64,000 nt of DNA from sequence record NC_009705.1; one strand, given 5' to 3'. The DNA comes from a plasmid. Below are positions 30,238 to 40,518 of this stretch, in pieces (position 1 is the first letter of the stretch; every line of letters starts with the position of its first letter). The notes under the pieces were generated by a model. That model did not search any database. It worked only from the letters and a program-made list of their open reading frames with translations, and was not told where the DNA came from. The position numbers were made by a program, and so were the translations under genes.

Positions 30238-30870
30238 CTAGTTTGGAATAGTCGGTACTGAATTCATGGATTGAAAAAGAATTGCTCCTTTCGCCCAGCG
30301 ATCTCCCGACCTTGCGGCAATATTCAATTCGTTTGGATTTGACAGCAACCAAGAGGTAAGTTTTTTCTTTGCTGCCTTTGAAGAATAGCGTTTTTGGCAG
30401 CATTCAATAAAATCTTGAATTCGACTTGCAATATCATCTGGATAAACATATTCAGCGTCTTCTGGATATCGAATCTTTTCAACATATTGAAGATACTTCG
30501 GTAGAGCGTTATTTTTTGACCAAGCAATCATGGGCATTGATACCGCACCTATTCGAGAGCTTTTAGGTAAATAGGACACACAGGGGTCTAAAATAACACC
30601 ATTTGATTCAACCCAAAAATGGCTTGGCTTAGTTTTATCAACTCCCCCTCCAAAACCTTGTAGAACAGACTTTCGACCATCAGCAGATAGGGTAAACGCT
30701 CCTATGTCTCCACCGACGATAGTGGCTTTGACTCCATTGCGCTTTAGTATTGCGCGAACGGCACACGCAACATAAAAGCACCTAGCATCATAATTTTCAG
30801 GAAAAGTATTTTTTACACACCAGTCTGTTGCAGCGAATAACTCCTCGATTTTAAAACCATCGATTCTCAA
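30238..30870 (-). CDS. hypothetical protein (210 aa)
   Basis: ORF with no recognisable motifs. A hairpin at ~31212-31232 separates it from the upstream ATPase gene. Confidence 0.5.
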   Translation of the reverse strand: MRIDGFKIEELFAATDWCVKNTFPENYDARCFYVACAVRAILKRNGVKATIVGGDIGAFTLSADGRKSVLQGFGGGVDKTKPSHFWVESNGVILDPCVSYLPKSSRIGAVSMPMIAWSKNNALPKYLQYVEKIRYPEDAEYVYPDDIASRIQDFIECCQKRYSSKAAKKKLTSWLLSNPNELNIAARSGDRWAKGAILFQSMNSVPTIPN

Positions 30871-31243
30871 AATTATGTCTCCTGTTCATATTGATTACTG
30901 AGAGTTAGCGGTAGATCCGACAGTTAACGTTTGAACGCGATGATATCGGCCCTACACAGAATAAATATGAGATACAGTACCAGCAAGACGGATGGATTTT
31001 TGTCTTCTGCGTCATTTTTACTCATACCAAACTAACGCTGACGTGCTTCAATTTCAACCCACTTTTCCATGCTGGAACAACAGCGGCCAACAACCATTTA
31101 TACCGTTGATTCTCCCGTTATTCATACTTTCACTCAAAAAGTGGCGTTGAAATTGACAGCATTAATGCTACGCGCGTTTCTGGCTAATGATTGAAGTAGT
31201 CATAAGAGTTCGGGGCTTCAACGAAGCCCATCCGTTATATTGA

Positions 31244-32746
31244 TCAGATGACTCTCTTTTTAGGGATGACAGTCCACTGCCACTCGGTTTTGATTGAACC
31301 TTTGGCTTTGATCTGTACCAACATTGTTGATGTAGGCTTTATCCATTTCAGTGCATCAATTGTAATCCCCATTTTGGAGACTGATCCTTTCCAAAAGCTT
31401 TCATCGATGCCGAGGATAACTTTTGTGGCAACCGATGAGAGCAGATCCTCCACAAAATGCGTTGGGGATTGGCTGGCACAGATAATGGCTAAACCAAATT
31501 TTCTTGCTTCTTTGGCAATATTGTTAATGATATTTTCGGGATCATCGTCAGTGTAAATATGCGCCTCATCCAAAACAATAATTTCACAGACATCATATTG
31601 TTCTCCACGCTGTATCGCTCTGACAAAGATCTCTTCTAACTTAAAGAGGGCAAAAAGTTTTCTCTCTGAAAACGAAAGAGCTTTAATGTTATAGCGCCAA
31701 ATGGGATTGTTATTATCAAATGGGGGAGGCGTTGATTTAAAAATACCAATCGCATTGAGATTTTCGATTTTATCGACAACCGACTTTAACACATCAGTAG
31801 AGTCATATTTGATTACATCACCCAGTTCACGTCCTGTTACGATGGAGTCTGCGTAAGCGGTGAACGAATCTATGGCTTTCTCTTTCGCTTTTTCTAACTC
31901 ACTTTGCAACTTTTCATCTGCAAAGGCTCGATCCCCTTGTTTCAAAGCGGCAAGGAGTTTACGTTGATATGCCGCTGCTGCTTTATTCAGAATTTCAACG
32001 TTTGTAACGGCTTTAATACCTGTCCCCATAAAAGATTGCAGCATGACATTTCTTGCGTAGCGTAGCAGGTCATTCATTGAGGGATTGGTGCGGGATTTTG
32101 TTTTTGGTCCCCATCTTGTGATACCGCCTTCATAATCCGTTTGCAGTATAAACCAACACTTCTCTTCGCTATCCCAACGCGCACCCAATGCCTTAGCTTG
32201 ATCTTTCTCTTCAATCGGAATATCCAGATATAAGCGCCCGTCTTGGCCAGCAGAAATTAATGTTTCTGCATCATCTTCGATTCGCCATGTACTGGCATCA
32301 TCGTATTTAAAACCATGCTTCTCATATAAATCATTTAACAAATTACGCAGGCAGGCTTCTTGCTTCGGGCCGAGAGAGTGCATCACCTTATTTAAGGTAC
32401 TGACAAAGCCTTGTACACGCTTTCTGACACCACCAAAGTGTTGATCTGGGTTAACCCGTAGTGGATTCATACCGAAATTGGTTTGCTCTGAGAACATAAC
32501 GGTACTCGCCCCTTCGATCTCGATATCACCATGCACATCCAAGATATGAATGCGCAACGGATGAGGATGATAGTCATAAGTGGCGATCATCTGACGGATC
32601 ATGCTTCTTAAGTTATATGTCTTACCCGCACCTGACATGCCCACTAACAAACAGTGACCATTGACAGCAGTTTTACTATCCCAAGTAACAGGTGCTTCAA
32701 TCTTTTTATTAAGCTGTCCGGCATTTAGGCCAAATATAACTTTCAC
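31244..32746 (-). CDS. HerA/DUF87-like P-loop ATPase (500 aa, soluble)
   Basis: N-terminus ...VTWDSKTAVNGHCLLVGMSGAGKTYNL (Walker A). Walker B IIVLDEAH. The arginine-finger region EARKFGLAIICASQSP is typical of HerA/VirB4-type DUF87 domains. No TM segments. Confidence 0.65.
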   Translation of the reverse strand: MKVIFGLNAGQLNKKIEAPVTWDSKTAVNGHCLLVGMSGAGKTYNLRSMIRQMIATYDYHPHPLRIHILDVHGDIEIEGASTVMFSEQTNFGMNPLRVNPDQHFGGVRKRVQGFVSTLNKVMHSLGPKQEACLRNLLNDLYEKHGFKYDDASTWRIEDDAETLISAGQDGRLYLDIPIEEKDQAKALGARWDSEEKCWFILQTDYEGGITRWGPKTKSRTNPSMNDLLRYARNVMLQSFMGTGIKAVTNVEILNKAAAAYQRKLLAALKQGDRAFADEKLQSELEKAKEKAIDSFTAYADSIVTGRELGDVIKYDSTDVLKSVVDKIENLNAIGIFKSTPPPFDNNNPIWRYNIKALSFSERKLFALFKLEEIFVRAIQRGEQYDVCEIIVLDEAHIYTDDDPENIINNIAKEARKFGLAIICASQSPTHFVEDLLSSVATKVILGIDESFWKGSVSKMGITIDALKWIKPTSTMLVQIKAKGSIKTEWQWTVIPKKRVI

Positions 32747-32926
32747 AATGCTTCTCCATTATCAGAGGTTCAATTCTTTTAAATAGGTGAAATAGAATTC
32801 GGCATCAAATAACTATGTATTTGGCACCAAATAATTAATTTTGCGGTGAGATTAGTGAATACTGTATGGTAGTATGCCTTATTCGCTTTTAAAATTAAAA
32901 CATAATATCTGATTGGGGCTTGATAA

Positions 32927-33907
32927 TTGAGCGACATTTTCGATCCATCTTTATTATATAATGCCAATATTTCATTTGAAGAGAGAAGCGAGATAACACT
33001 TGATGAACTCAGTCAAATGAAAATCAAAGATGAAAACCTTCGTCGTTGCTTTAGTTTGCGGGTTGCTTCACGTATCGTCTCATTGATTTATATGCAGGGG
33101 GCGCTAGCCCCAGAGAATAATTTCATTGCTAATATGGACAAAGTAACACGAAGATTTTCAGAATTATTTAATTCAGCTTTTGATTTTTTAAAATTGAATT
33201 CACGAGACGAAGACTTCCATTATATTCTACCCATGATGAATAATGCCGTTGTTGATTTTCTGACCACAGAATACCAATGCTTATTATCATCAACAACACC
33301 AGACTCCCCCCCATTTTCAAGACTTGAAGTCAGTGAAGTCTTTGATCTACTCACTACCGTACTTCTCACACAGAAGTATGAATTTATAACCTATGATGAG
33401 AACGATCATATTATCTATCCAGATATCTCAGTACTGGGAGACAGCCAAAAGATTAGAAAACTTTCCTTAATGGAAGCAACATTAAAATGTCATGGCTTAT
33501 CGAACATGTTTGATTACTATCAAACAGATATCAACGCTTTTGTACATGGCATGGTGACAGTTATTGCGCAGGTCAGTGAAGAACAGATCAGCCGAGTATG
33601 GGCTATGAATGAAGACATTCCTCCTTCCTTTTCTATGGTCTACCAATATTATCAGGTGTGCATAGGGCTTTTCTGTGAGATTTACAAACGTTGTGCAAAA
33701 AATGATGTCATCGAACTCGAATTAAAATCACCGTTAGACAGAAATTTAGTGATTACTCGTTATATGCAAGGTCAGGGAATGCCGCATGAGCATATCTTTG
33801 ATGAGTTTCGCAAAGCGATCGGTCAAATGGCAGACCATACAGCCTTTCTTTTAAACGTTCACTATCAAGAACAACAAGAGAGCCAGTCTGGACATGAGGA
33901 TACGTAA
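32927..33907 (+). CDS. hypothetical protein (326 aa)
   Basis: Long ORF. It is the first of three genes with overlapping stop/start codons (TAATG at 33904-33909). Confidence 0.55.
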   Translation: MSDIFDPSLLYNANISFEERSEITLDELSQMKIKDENLRRCFSLRVASRIVSLIYMQGALAPENNFIANMDKVTRRFSELFNSAFDFLKLNSRDEDFHYILPMMNNAVVDFLTTEYQCLLSSTTPDSPPFSRLEVSEVFDLLTTVLLTQKYEFITYDENDHIIYPDISVLGDSQKIRKLSLMEATLKCHGLSNMFDYYQTDINAFVHGMVTVIAQVSEEQISRVWAMNEDIPPSFSMVYQYYQVCIGLFCEIYKRCAKNDVIELELKSPLDRNLVITRYMQGQGMPHEHIFDEFRKAIGQMADHTAFLLNVHYQEQQESQSGHEDT

Positions 33908-34389
33908 TGGAAATAGAAAAAGACACTCTAAAATTGTTGCAAGGACTCGCTAATGAATCTGTTGATAAATTCTACTTTTCAGGTAGTGAATTAAGCGCAG
34001 ACGAACTGGCAAATTTTTGCTTAAACTCCGTACTCTGTATTGTTGACCAATATACTGACTACCTTAAATTAGGTGATCTGGGATATGAATTCAAACTCAG
34101 TGACGATATTCATCCCTCTCTTTCACCATTTCCTTTGATAGCATCTAAAGTGAATGAATGCACTATGATGTTCTGTATGGTCGCACCTGTTGTTGTTGAA
34201 GTATTTGAAAATCATCTGTCTAAATATCACCTTCACATTGAACAGTTCTTTGAGCAAGCCGCGAAAACTATCGAACCTGCATTTTCACTAGAAGCCAATA
34301 CTCATTTCAAACTGGTCACCCCTTCGCAACCGATAAACAAGGTACGCAATCAGTTAACAATAAATACCTCCAACGAGGTTCATAGATAA
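33907..34389 (+). CDS. hypothetical protein (160 aa)
   Basis: translationally coupled to the flanking genes (ATAATG at 34386). Confidence 0.55.
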   Translation: MEIEKDTLKLLQGLANESVDKFYFSGSELSADELANFCLNSVLCIVDQYTDYLKLGDLGYEFKLSDDIHPSLSPFPLIASKVNECTMMFCMVAPVVVEVFENHLSKYHLHIEQFFEQAAKTIEPAFSLEANTHFKLVTPSQPINKVRNQLTINTSNEVHR

Positions 34390-35030
34390 TGAATGGCTCA
34401 CTAAAAATTGATGAGGTCATTATAGATGATCTGATAAAATTTCAGTGCCGTGATGATCCTGAACTCAAAAATGCAGTTATGCTCTATCTCCAACAACGGT
34501 TCGTAGATCAAATTCTTATTGAAAAAAAAGAGATATCGTCAAACATCACAAAAGAAATGCTAATTAAAGACGTTATTGAACTTTATAAAAACGAGAAGAA
34601 AAATCAACGGGGTATCGATACATTAACTTATAGTAATGCTAAAAAACTGATTCTTGTCAGCGATGTTGATAATATGCTTGGCCTACTGGATACTATTTTT
34701 CTCTTTGTATCAGATGAATTGAATTTGAATAATGAGGTACAAGATAAACATAGTCTTCAAACTTATGCTTTATTGGCTAGAATCGGCGCAATTCTAACGC
34801 AATTAGAAGATAGCCAAGCAGATATTGAAGTCAGAATGCTTAATGAGGCCGTCAGGGTAACGATATCCTCAATGTATTTATTGTCCAGCACATCACAACC
34901 AGAGTATGGAAAATTATTCATTCGGAAAGTTTGCAGCGTAAAACCTGATGTAGCGCTAAATACAGGGAGCGCAGATTTCATACCTTATGATCTTTCCAGT
35001 ATAAAAACGCGAAAGAAAAAGGAGATGTAA
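34389..35030 (+). CDS. hypothetical protein (213 aa)
   Basis: ORF that continues the operon. Confidence 0.55.
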   Translation: MNGSLKIDEVIIDDLIKFQCRDDPELKNAVMLYLQQRFVDQILIEKKEISSNITKEMLIKDVIELYKNEKKNQRGIDTLTYSNAKKLILVSDVDNMLGLLDTIFLFVSDELNLNNEVQDKHSLQTYALLARIGAILTQLEDSQADIEVRMLNEAVRVTISSMYLLSSTSQPEYGKLFIRKVCSVKPDVALNTGSADFIPYDLSSIKTRKKKEM

Positions 35031-35095
35031 TCTTTATTATAGATTCTCGATAAAATTACTACTATGCCGAGCATTAATACTGGTTAGGGAGATAT

Positions 35096-35545
35096 ATGTA
35101 CTTAGGCAAACACTTTCCCGATGGAATCCAAATTAAATTAAATTTCTTTGGTCATACGGCTGACCCACAACGTCGTACTTTTGATTGTCCCCATATGGCG
35201 TGGGTGTTGGTTGATAACCCTTACTTTGACCAACATAACCTTGGGCAAGCGCTTATTCGGGTTAACCGTTATGTCATTGATGATGACAAACGGCCCCTCT
35301 GTATTGGAAGGACTGTCGGTTCACGAACCGTCCCCCCAACGGTGTTGTACGATGATTTAAACCCCGTATTGTTGGGCATGAAATTAAAGTCATTTGCTGA
35401 TAGTGTGCCAGCAACTTTACGTATAGCGCTCTACACACACTATTCTGCGGAATTAACCCTTGTTGGCTTAACGAAAGCCCATGAGTTCGACTGTGACCAA
35501 GCTATGCTGTTTGACTATCTCAACCGCTATGCATACTTGGTTTAA
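35096..35545 (+). CDS. hypothetical protein (149 aa)
   Basis: ORF with a GGGAG Shine-Dalgarno. Confidence 0.5.
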   Translation: MYLGKHFPDGIQIKLNFFGHTADPQRRTFDCPHMAWVLVDNPYFDQHNLGQALIRVNRYVIDDDKRPLCIGRTVGSRTVPPTVLYDDLNPVLLGMKLKSFADSVPATLRIALYTHYSAELTLVGLTKAHEFDCDQAMLFDYLNRYAYLV

Positions 35546-35579
35546 CTAATTGAAAAGTTTTTATTCAAGGTATCTATAA

Positions 35580-35987
35580 ATGATAACAAGTCAATTTGGT
35601 AACGAAATTCGCAACAAAGTCCGCACCCTCATTGGTCATGTTCCTGAGTGTAACAATGATGACATTCGAGAAGATGGGGTGTTCGAATTTGGTACACAGT
35701 GGTCTATACAGCAAAGTGACCTAAGCGAAAAAATTCAAGCATCATTCTCTGATTTTGACGACAACATTGAAATTAGCTTGCATCAATTTGCTGTTGAAAA
35801 AAGTATCAATATTATTTATATCGGTATGTTATTAGATTTTGACGCTGAGAATAACGTTGAAATTAAGATCCACTCTGATGTTATTTCTGAGGCCAACTTC
35901 ACGTTAATGCTTACAAAAGACAATGCAGATAAGGAACTCACCAGAGTACTGGGTTTTTACACCAATATCTTACAACCCCAAGATTAG
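35580..35987 (+). CDS. hypothetical protein (135 aa)
   Basis: ORF with an AGG Shine-Dalgarno. Confidence 0.5.
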   Translation: MITSQFGNEIRNKVRTLIGHVPECNNDDIREDGVFEFGTQWSIQQSDLSEKIQASFSDFDDNIEISLHQFAVEKSINIIYIGMLLDFDAENNVEIKIHSDVISEANFTLMLTKDNADKELTRVLGFYTNILQPQD

Positions 35988-35995
35988 GGGGAAGT

Positions 35996-37555
35996 ATGGC
36001 CGACCTCTTTATTATTGAAGCTGCCGGAAAAATAAAATCATTATCTAAAACGATATTGAGTATTACGGGACAAAAAGCCGAAATACTCGCCACATTAGGC
36101 CATATTTGTAGCAATCCTGAAGGGTTAAAAACAGACTGGATTGATACTCAATTTAATGAAAAACACTATGGTGTTATTGAGCGAAAAAAAGAGATAGTCG
36201 AGCGGATACGCCTTGCCGCTAAGGTGGCAAATAACATCTACATTGCTACTGATGATGATCACGAAGGCGATGTGATTGCTAGAGACGTGCTTACGCATTG
36301 TATTAACTTAGACGACCATCAAAAAACGTTAAGGGTACGGCTCAGGGCATTGACCGTTGCTGAAGTCAAAAATAGTATCAATGCTGCCAGCCAGATCGGA
36401 GAGTTGGATGCGGCAAGAGGGGATGCTCGGCGCATTATTGACAGGCTAATTGGTGGCTTGTCAAATGATGATGGCGCTGTAGGGCGTGTGCAGGGGTCAC
36501 TATTACTCATGCTATCGCAATACACCCCTATCGTCGGGATGAACTGTTACGCGCTACCTGCCGCCGATGGGCGAGGCAATTTCACGGCTTTCAGCCCTGT
36601 CTATGCCGATGATGCTATCGATACTGAAGTGATAAATGAATTATCAAACCTAGCGCCTTTGCTGGTGACACAGACGCACAGCGCTACGGTTGCCAGTGGC
36701 GTGTATAACTATGGTGACGTACTGCTTAACGGTAGTTTGGCAACAGGGCGCTCAGTCGCTGAGATTGCTGATGCCATGCAGCGCTTGTATGAGAGGGGGG
36801 AGATGACATACCCCAGAGCAGCCAATAGAGCCGTCACTGGTGATACCGTATCCCGTATAGCACGGATTGCGCGATTACATGGAACAACCTTCAACTCAGA
36901 TAAGTTTGCTTTTTGCCGCTCTATCAGCGGAGCTTATGGTCATGAGGCACCTTCGCCATTACTACTGGATTTTCCGCTTAATCGCGATCTCAATGCCGTT
37001 GACATTGATACGGCGGTATTATCGACAATCACACGTAATTTAATTTCAAATGGCATTCCATGTCTTATTGAGCGCCCTGATGTGTGTGAACTCCCTCCAT
37101 CCGTATCTCACTTACTTTGGCACCGCACAACGGCAGAGGGACAACTCTACTGGGACAATAAGGTAGCTGCGGGTTTCACCCCGTGGACAGCGGAGCAAAG
37201 CACACTTCACTTTATGATGAGCCACGACCTTGGCCGACCATCAACCCTCGTTTCGCATATCGAAAAGTTTCTGGAACGAAATTTAGTTGATGATAATTTC
37301 GAATTCACGAGAAATGGCCGCGAGTGGTGCTACAATATCGGCGAAATATTTCACCAAAGAAATATATCAAATCTAGTTGAACAATATTTGAATGAAACAT
37401 GCCTAAATCCACAGGATATGGTTGCAGAGATGATCAACCTATGTGGATTAACTGCTTTGAATAAAGGCGGAGTAGGGCAAGATAATGTTATTGACACCAC
37501 TACAACACAACAGGAATACGAAGAGAATGCCGATACTGGGATCTGTACCAACTAA
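35996..37555 (+). CDS. short TOPRIM / type IA topoisomerase-like protein (519 aa)
   Basis: N-terminus LFIIEAAGKIKS (cf. Topo IA LxIxEKPS). TOPRIM IATDDDHEGDVIA. DAARGDARRIIDRLIGGLS (cf. DAxxARRxxDRLVGYxLS). GEMTYPRAANRA resembles the catalytic-Tyr box (I/L)TYPRTDS. Confidence 0.55.
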   Translation: MADLFIIEAAGKIKSLSKTILSITGQKAEILATLGHICSNPEGLKTDWIDTQFNEKHYGVIERKKEIVERIRLAAKVANNIYIATDDDHEGDVIARDVLTHCINLDDHQKTLRVRLRALTVAEVKNSINAASQIGELDAARGDARRIIDRLIGGLSNDDGAVGRVQGSLLLMLSQYTPIVGMNCYALPAADGRGNFTAFSPVYADDAIDTEVINELSNLAPLLVTQTHSATVASGVYNYGDVLLNGSLATGRSVAEIADAMQRLYERGEMTYPRAANRAVTGDTVSRIARIARLHGTTFNSDKFAFCRSISGAYGHEAPSPLLLDFPLNRDLNAVDIDTAVLSTITRNLISNGIPCLIERPDVCELPPSVSHLLWHRTTAEGQLYWDNKVAAGFTPWTAEQSTLHFMMSHDLGRPSTLVSHIEKFLERNLVDDNFEFTRNGREWCYNIGEIFHQRNISNLVEQYLNETCLNPQDMVAEMINLCGLTALNKGGVGQDNVIDTTTTQQEYEENADTGICTN

Positions 37556-37994
37556 ATATCCTGCTGGCTCATTTGTTGAGTTAGACGATTTAATGTTTGG
37601 CCGTAAAATTGCTTTAGTTTGTGATGATGGTCTTACTGCACATGACTCAATAGATATTGATAAAGCCACCCCGTTAGCGATACATGTTATTCAAAATCCT
37701 GTGGGCCTTGGCTTTTTAAATGAATATGTAAGTCGTTTTGAATTAAATGATGAAATCAACTTACTCATAAACACTATGACTCGATTAGATTTGACTGATG
37801 AACTACGCGATCCTTTATTAATTATAAGAGTCTTGCATTCAATTGTTTCAGACAAAAAAGCCGGAATAGCCCTTGTGGAACCTAAAATAAAACTCTATAT
37901 AAGATCTGCTAAAAAATACCAGAATAAATTAAACCTATTCCATCAAAATGTGGCTAAATTTATTCATTCATGTAAAGATAATAAACTCATATAA
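37527..37994 (+). CDS. hypothetical protein (start uncertain; in-frame Met at 37527 or 37593)
   Basis: The ORF track has 37485-37994, but the 5' part overlaps the previous gene's end. Confidence 0.35.
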   Translation: MPILGSVPTKYPAGSFVELDDLMFGRKIALVCDDGLTAHDSIDIDKATPLAIHVIQNPVGLGFLNEYVSRFELNDEINLLINTMTRLDLTDELRDPLLIIRVLHSIVSDKKAGIALVEPKIKLYIRSAKKYQNKLNLFHQNVAKFIHSCKDNKLI

Positions 37995-38030
37995 TGCTTT
38001 TTATGAGCAGGTATTTGGGGAAAATTATCA

Positions 38031-40478
38031 ATGTCGCACAAATCTCTTATTATTGCAGAGAAGCCCTCGGTTGCTTTTGATATAGCAAAGGCTCTTGGGG
38101 GCTTCCAAAAGAAAGATAACTTTTTTGAAAGTGATCGCATTATTATTAGTAATGGAATTGGACATTTAGTTGAAGTGTATTCAACCGAAATGGACGCTGA
38201 AGGTACTAAAGACTTATCCGCACTTCCTGTTATTCCCTCCCATTTTCAAGTAAAGCCAAAACCTAAAACGATATCTCAATTTAATTTGTTGAAAAAACTC
38301 ATGAACCGGCCTGATGTTGGCAGCGTTATTAATGCTTGTGATGCTGGACGTGAAGGTGAATTAATTTTTCGCCTAATCTATGAAGCTATCGGTAGCCGTA
38401 AACCGATGAAGCGGATGTGGATCAAATCAATGACGCCAACGGCGATCCGTGAAGCTTACGAGAACATCAAAGATGGTCGCTTTTATGATCGCGTCGATGA
38501 CGCCGCAAGATGCCGTACTGAAGGTGATTTCATTGTCGGCATCAATGCCTCCAGAGCCATTACCGCTTTTAAATCACGTCAAGAACGCTCATTCCAAATG
38601 CTGGCAGCGGGACGAGTACAAACACCTGTCCTCTCGATGATTACCCAGCGGGAAGATGAAATCCGTTCCTTTGTGCAAAGAACCTTTTGGGAAGTGATGG
38701 CCACATTTACCCTTGCGTCTGGTGAGTATAATGGCCGCTGGATTCCGGCAAAAAGCACCAACAGTAATCAAGAGAGTGATGGCTCGCGATTCTTTGATCA
38801 AAGTGCGGCGAAAGCAATATTGGATAAATGTCGGGGCGTAGAGCCGACGAGTGTTACCGAAGTATCAAAAATAACAAAGTCACATCCACCCAAACTATTC
38901 AATCAAACTGCACTGCAAATTGAAGCCAACAAACGATATAAGTTCTCGGCAAAGAAAACTCTGGACTTAACGCAAGCACTGTATGAAAAACATAAAATGG
39001 TCAGTTACCCGCGCACATCATCTACCGCTTTGCCTGAAGATTATGGCGACACAGTATTATCAATAATGACCCACCTATTCACGGGCAGTGAATACGAAAA
39101 ATATGCTGCTTACGTCACTACTCATAACCGGATAGATCCCTCGAATAAAACTATCTTTGATAATGATGAGATAAGCGACCACTTCGCCATTATTCCAGCT
39201 ATCGGTTCTCAGTGTAATGTTGCTGGCTTAACCCCTGATGAACTAAAAATCTACGACCTCATTGTACGCCGCTTTATCGCCGCGTTTTATCCTGTGGCTA
39301 CCTACAGTGCAACTGAGCGCCTGACTATTGTCGCAGAGGAAAGCTTTAAAACAACAGGCCGCGTCTTGCTAGAGACTGGTTGGCAAGCCGTTATCAAACA
39401 ACCGACCGACAATGCCACGAACTCGCTTTGCGCATTAAAAGAGGGGGAAACTGCCGGCAACAAGGTTATGGGATTAAAAACGGGCAACACCACACCACCG
39501 TCACGCTTTAACGTCGCTACATTGCTGGCCGCTATGCAAACAGCAGGCAAACTTGTTGATGACGATGATCTGGCTAAAGCAATGAAAGGGTGTGGCCTCG
39601 GAACAGATGCCACTCGTGCGGGTATCATTGAAGGGCTGTTAAGCAATAAAACAGCGGCGGGTAATGCCAAAGAACCCTACATCGTCATTGAAGGCAAAGA
39701 ACAGCTTTTTGTCCCAACGCCAAAAGCTATGGACTTGATCTCATTCTTAAGAGACAACAATGTGTTGATGCTCACTAACCCGACAATGACGGGTGAGTGG
39801 GAACAAAAGTTAAGCCTAATGGAACACGGAAAGTATAACCGACAGACCTTCATGGCTGAAATTGCTGAGAATACACGGCAGATGATCGACACCATCAAGG
39901 TTCGTGCCAGCGAAATACCAGCCGAACCACACAGAGATTTTGCGGGTGCTAAATGCCCTAAATGTCCATCGGCACTGATATCAACTCAACGCACGGTCAC
40001 CTGTTCAGCGGAGTGCGGTTTTAAACTGCGTCGTAGTCAATTTGGTCGAGACTGTACAGATCATGAGTTGGCCATATTGATCAACCAAGGTAAAAGCCCG
40101 TTCTTTGATGACTTCATCAGTAAAAATAAAAAGCCTTATAGCGCCCAACTGATCTTGCAACCCAATTATGAAGTGACTCTAAGTTTTGATAATCCAACGG
40201 TTGCAAAAGGAGAAGCACTCTCTACAGCTTGCCCAAGCTGCCAAGGTGAAATCAATTTATTGATGGGTAACTACCCAAGCTATAAATGCGGAAAATGTGC
40301 TTTCAAACTCAATAAAGTCATCGCAGGGCGGGCATTAAGTGATGATGAGGCTATTAGCTTAATTACTCATGGTTATCTGGGTAATAAATCCGGCTATACA
40401 GGGAAAAAAGGGAAATTCAGTGCTGGCCTCAATTTAGATAAAAAGACCGGAAGTATCACCTTTAAATTCGAAGGTTAA
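38031..40478 (+). CDS. topB: DNA topoisomerase III
   Basis: N-terminus LIIAEKPSVAFDIAKALGG. TOPRIM ACDAGREGELIF. 815 aa with C-terminal CxxC zinc-ribbon repeats. Confidence 0.85.
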   Translation: MSHKSLIIAEKPSVAFDIAKALGGFQKKDNFFESDRIIISNGIGHLVEVYSTEMDAEGTKDLSALPVIPSHFQVKPKPKTISQFNLLKKLMNRPDVGSVINACDAGREGELIFRLIYEAIGSRKPMKRMWIKSMTPTAIREAYENIKDGRFYDRVDDAARCRTEGDFIVGINASRAITAFKSRQERSFQMLAAGRVQTPVLSMITQREDEIRSFVQRTFWEVMATFTLASGEYNGRWIPAKSTNSNQESDGSRFFDQSAAKAILDKCRGVEPTSVTEVSKITKSHPPKLFNQTALQIEANKRYKFSAKKTLDLTQALYEKHKMVSYPRTSSTALPEDYGDTVLSIMTHLFTGSEYEKYAAYVTTHNRIDPSNKTIFDNDEISDHFAIIPAIGSQCNVAGLTPDELKIYDLIVRRFIAAFYPVATYSATERLTIVAEESFKTTGRVLLETGWQAVIKQPTDNATNSLCALKEGETAGNKVMGLKTGNTTPPSRFNVATLLAAMQTAGKLVDDDDLAKAMKGCGLGTDATRAGIIEGLLSNKTAAGNAKEPYIVIEGKEQLFVPTPKAMDLISFLRDNNVLMLTNPTMTGEWEQKLSLMEHGKYNRQTFMAEIAENTRQMIDTIKVRASEIPAEPHRDFAGAKCPKCPSALISTQRTVTCSAECGFKLRRSQFGRDCTDHELAILINQGKSPFFDDFISKNKKPYSAQLILQPNYEVTLSFDNPTVAKGEALSTACPSCQGEINLLMGNYPSYKCGKCAFKLNKVIAGRALSDDEAISLITHGYLGNKSGYTGKKGKFSAGLNLDKKTGSITFKFEG

Positions 40479-40518
40479 TAAATCAAAGAACGCCCTCCGA
40501 TTATATAACGAGGTAACA

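Noticed and set aside
37485..37526. N-terminal 14 codons of the ORF-track gene 37485-37994
   Set aside because: They overlap the last 70 nt of the TOPRIM-like gene. An internal Met (37527 or 37593) is the more plausible start, and confidence in this gene is low overall.
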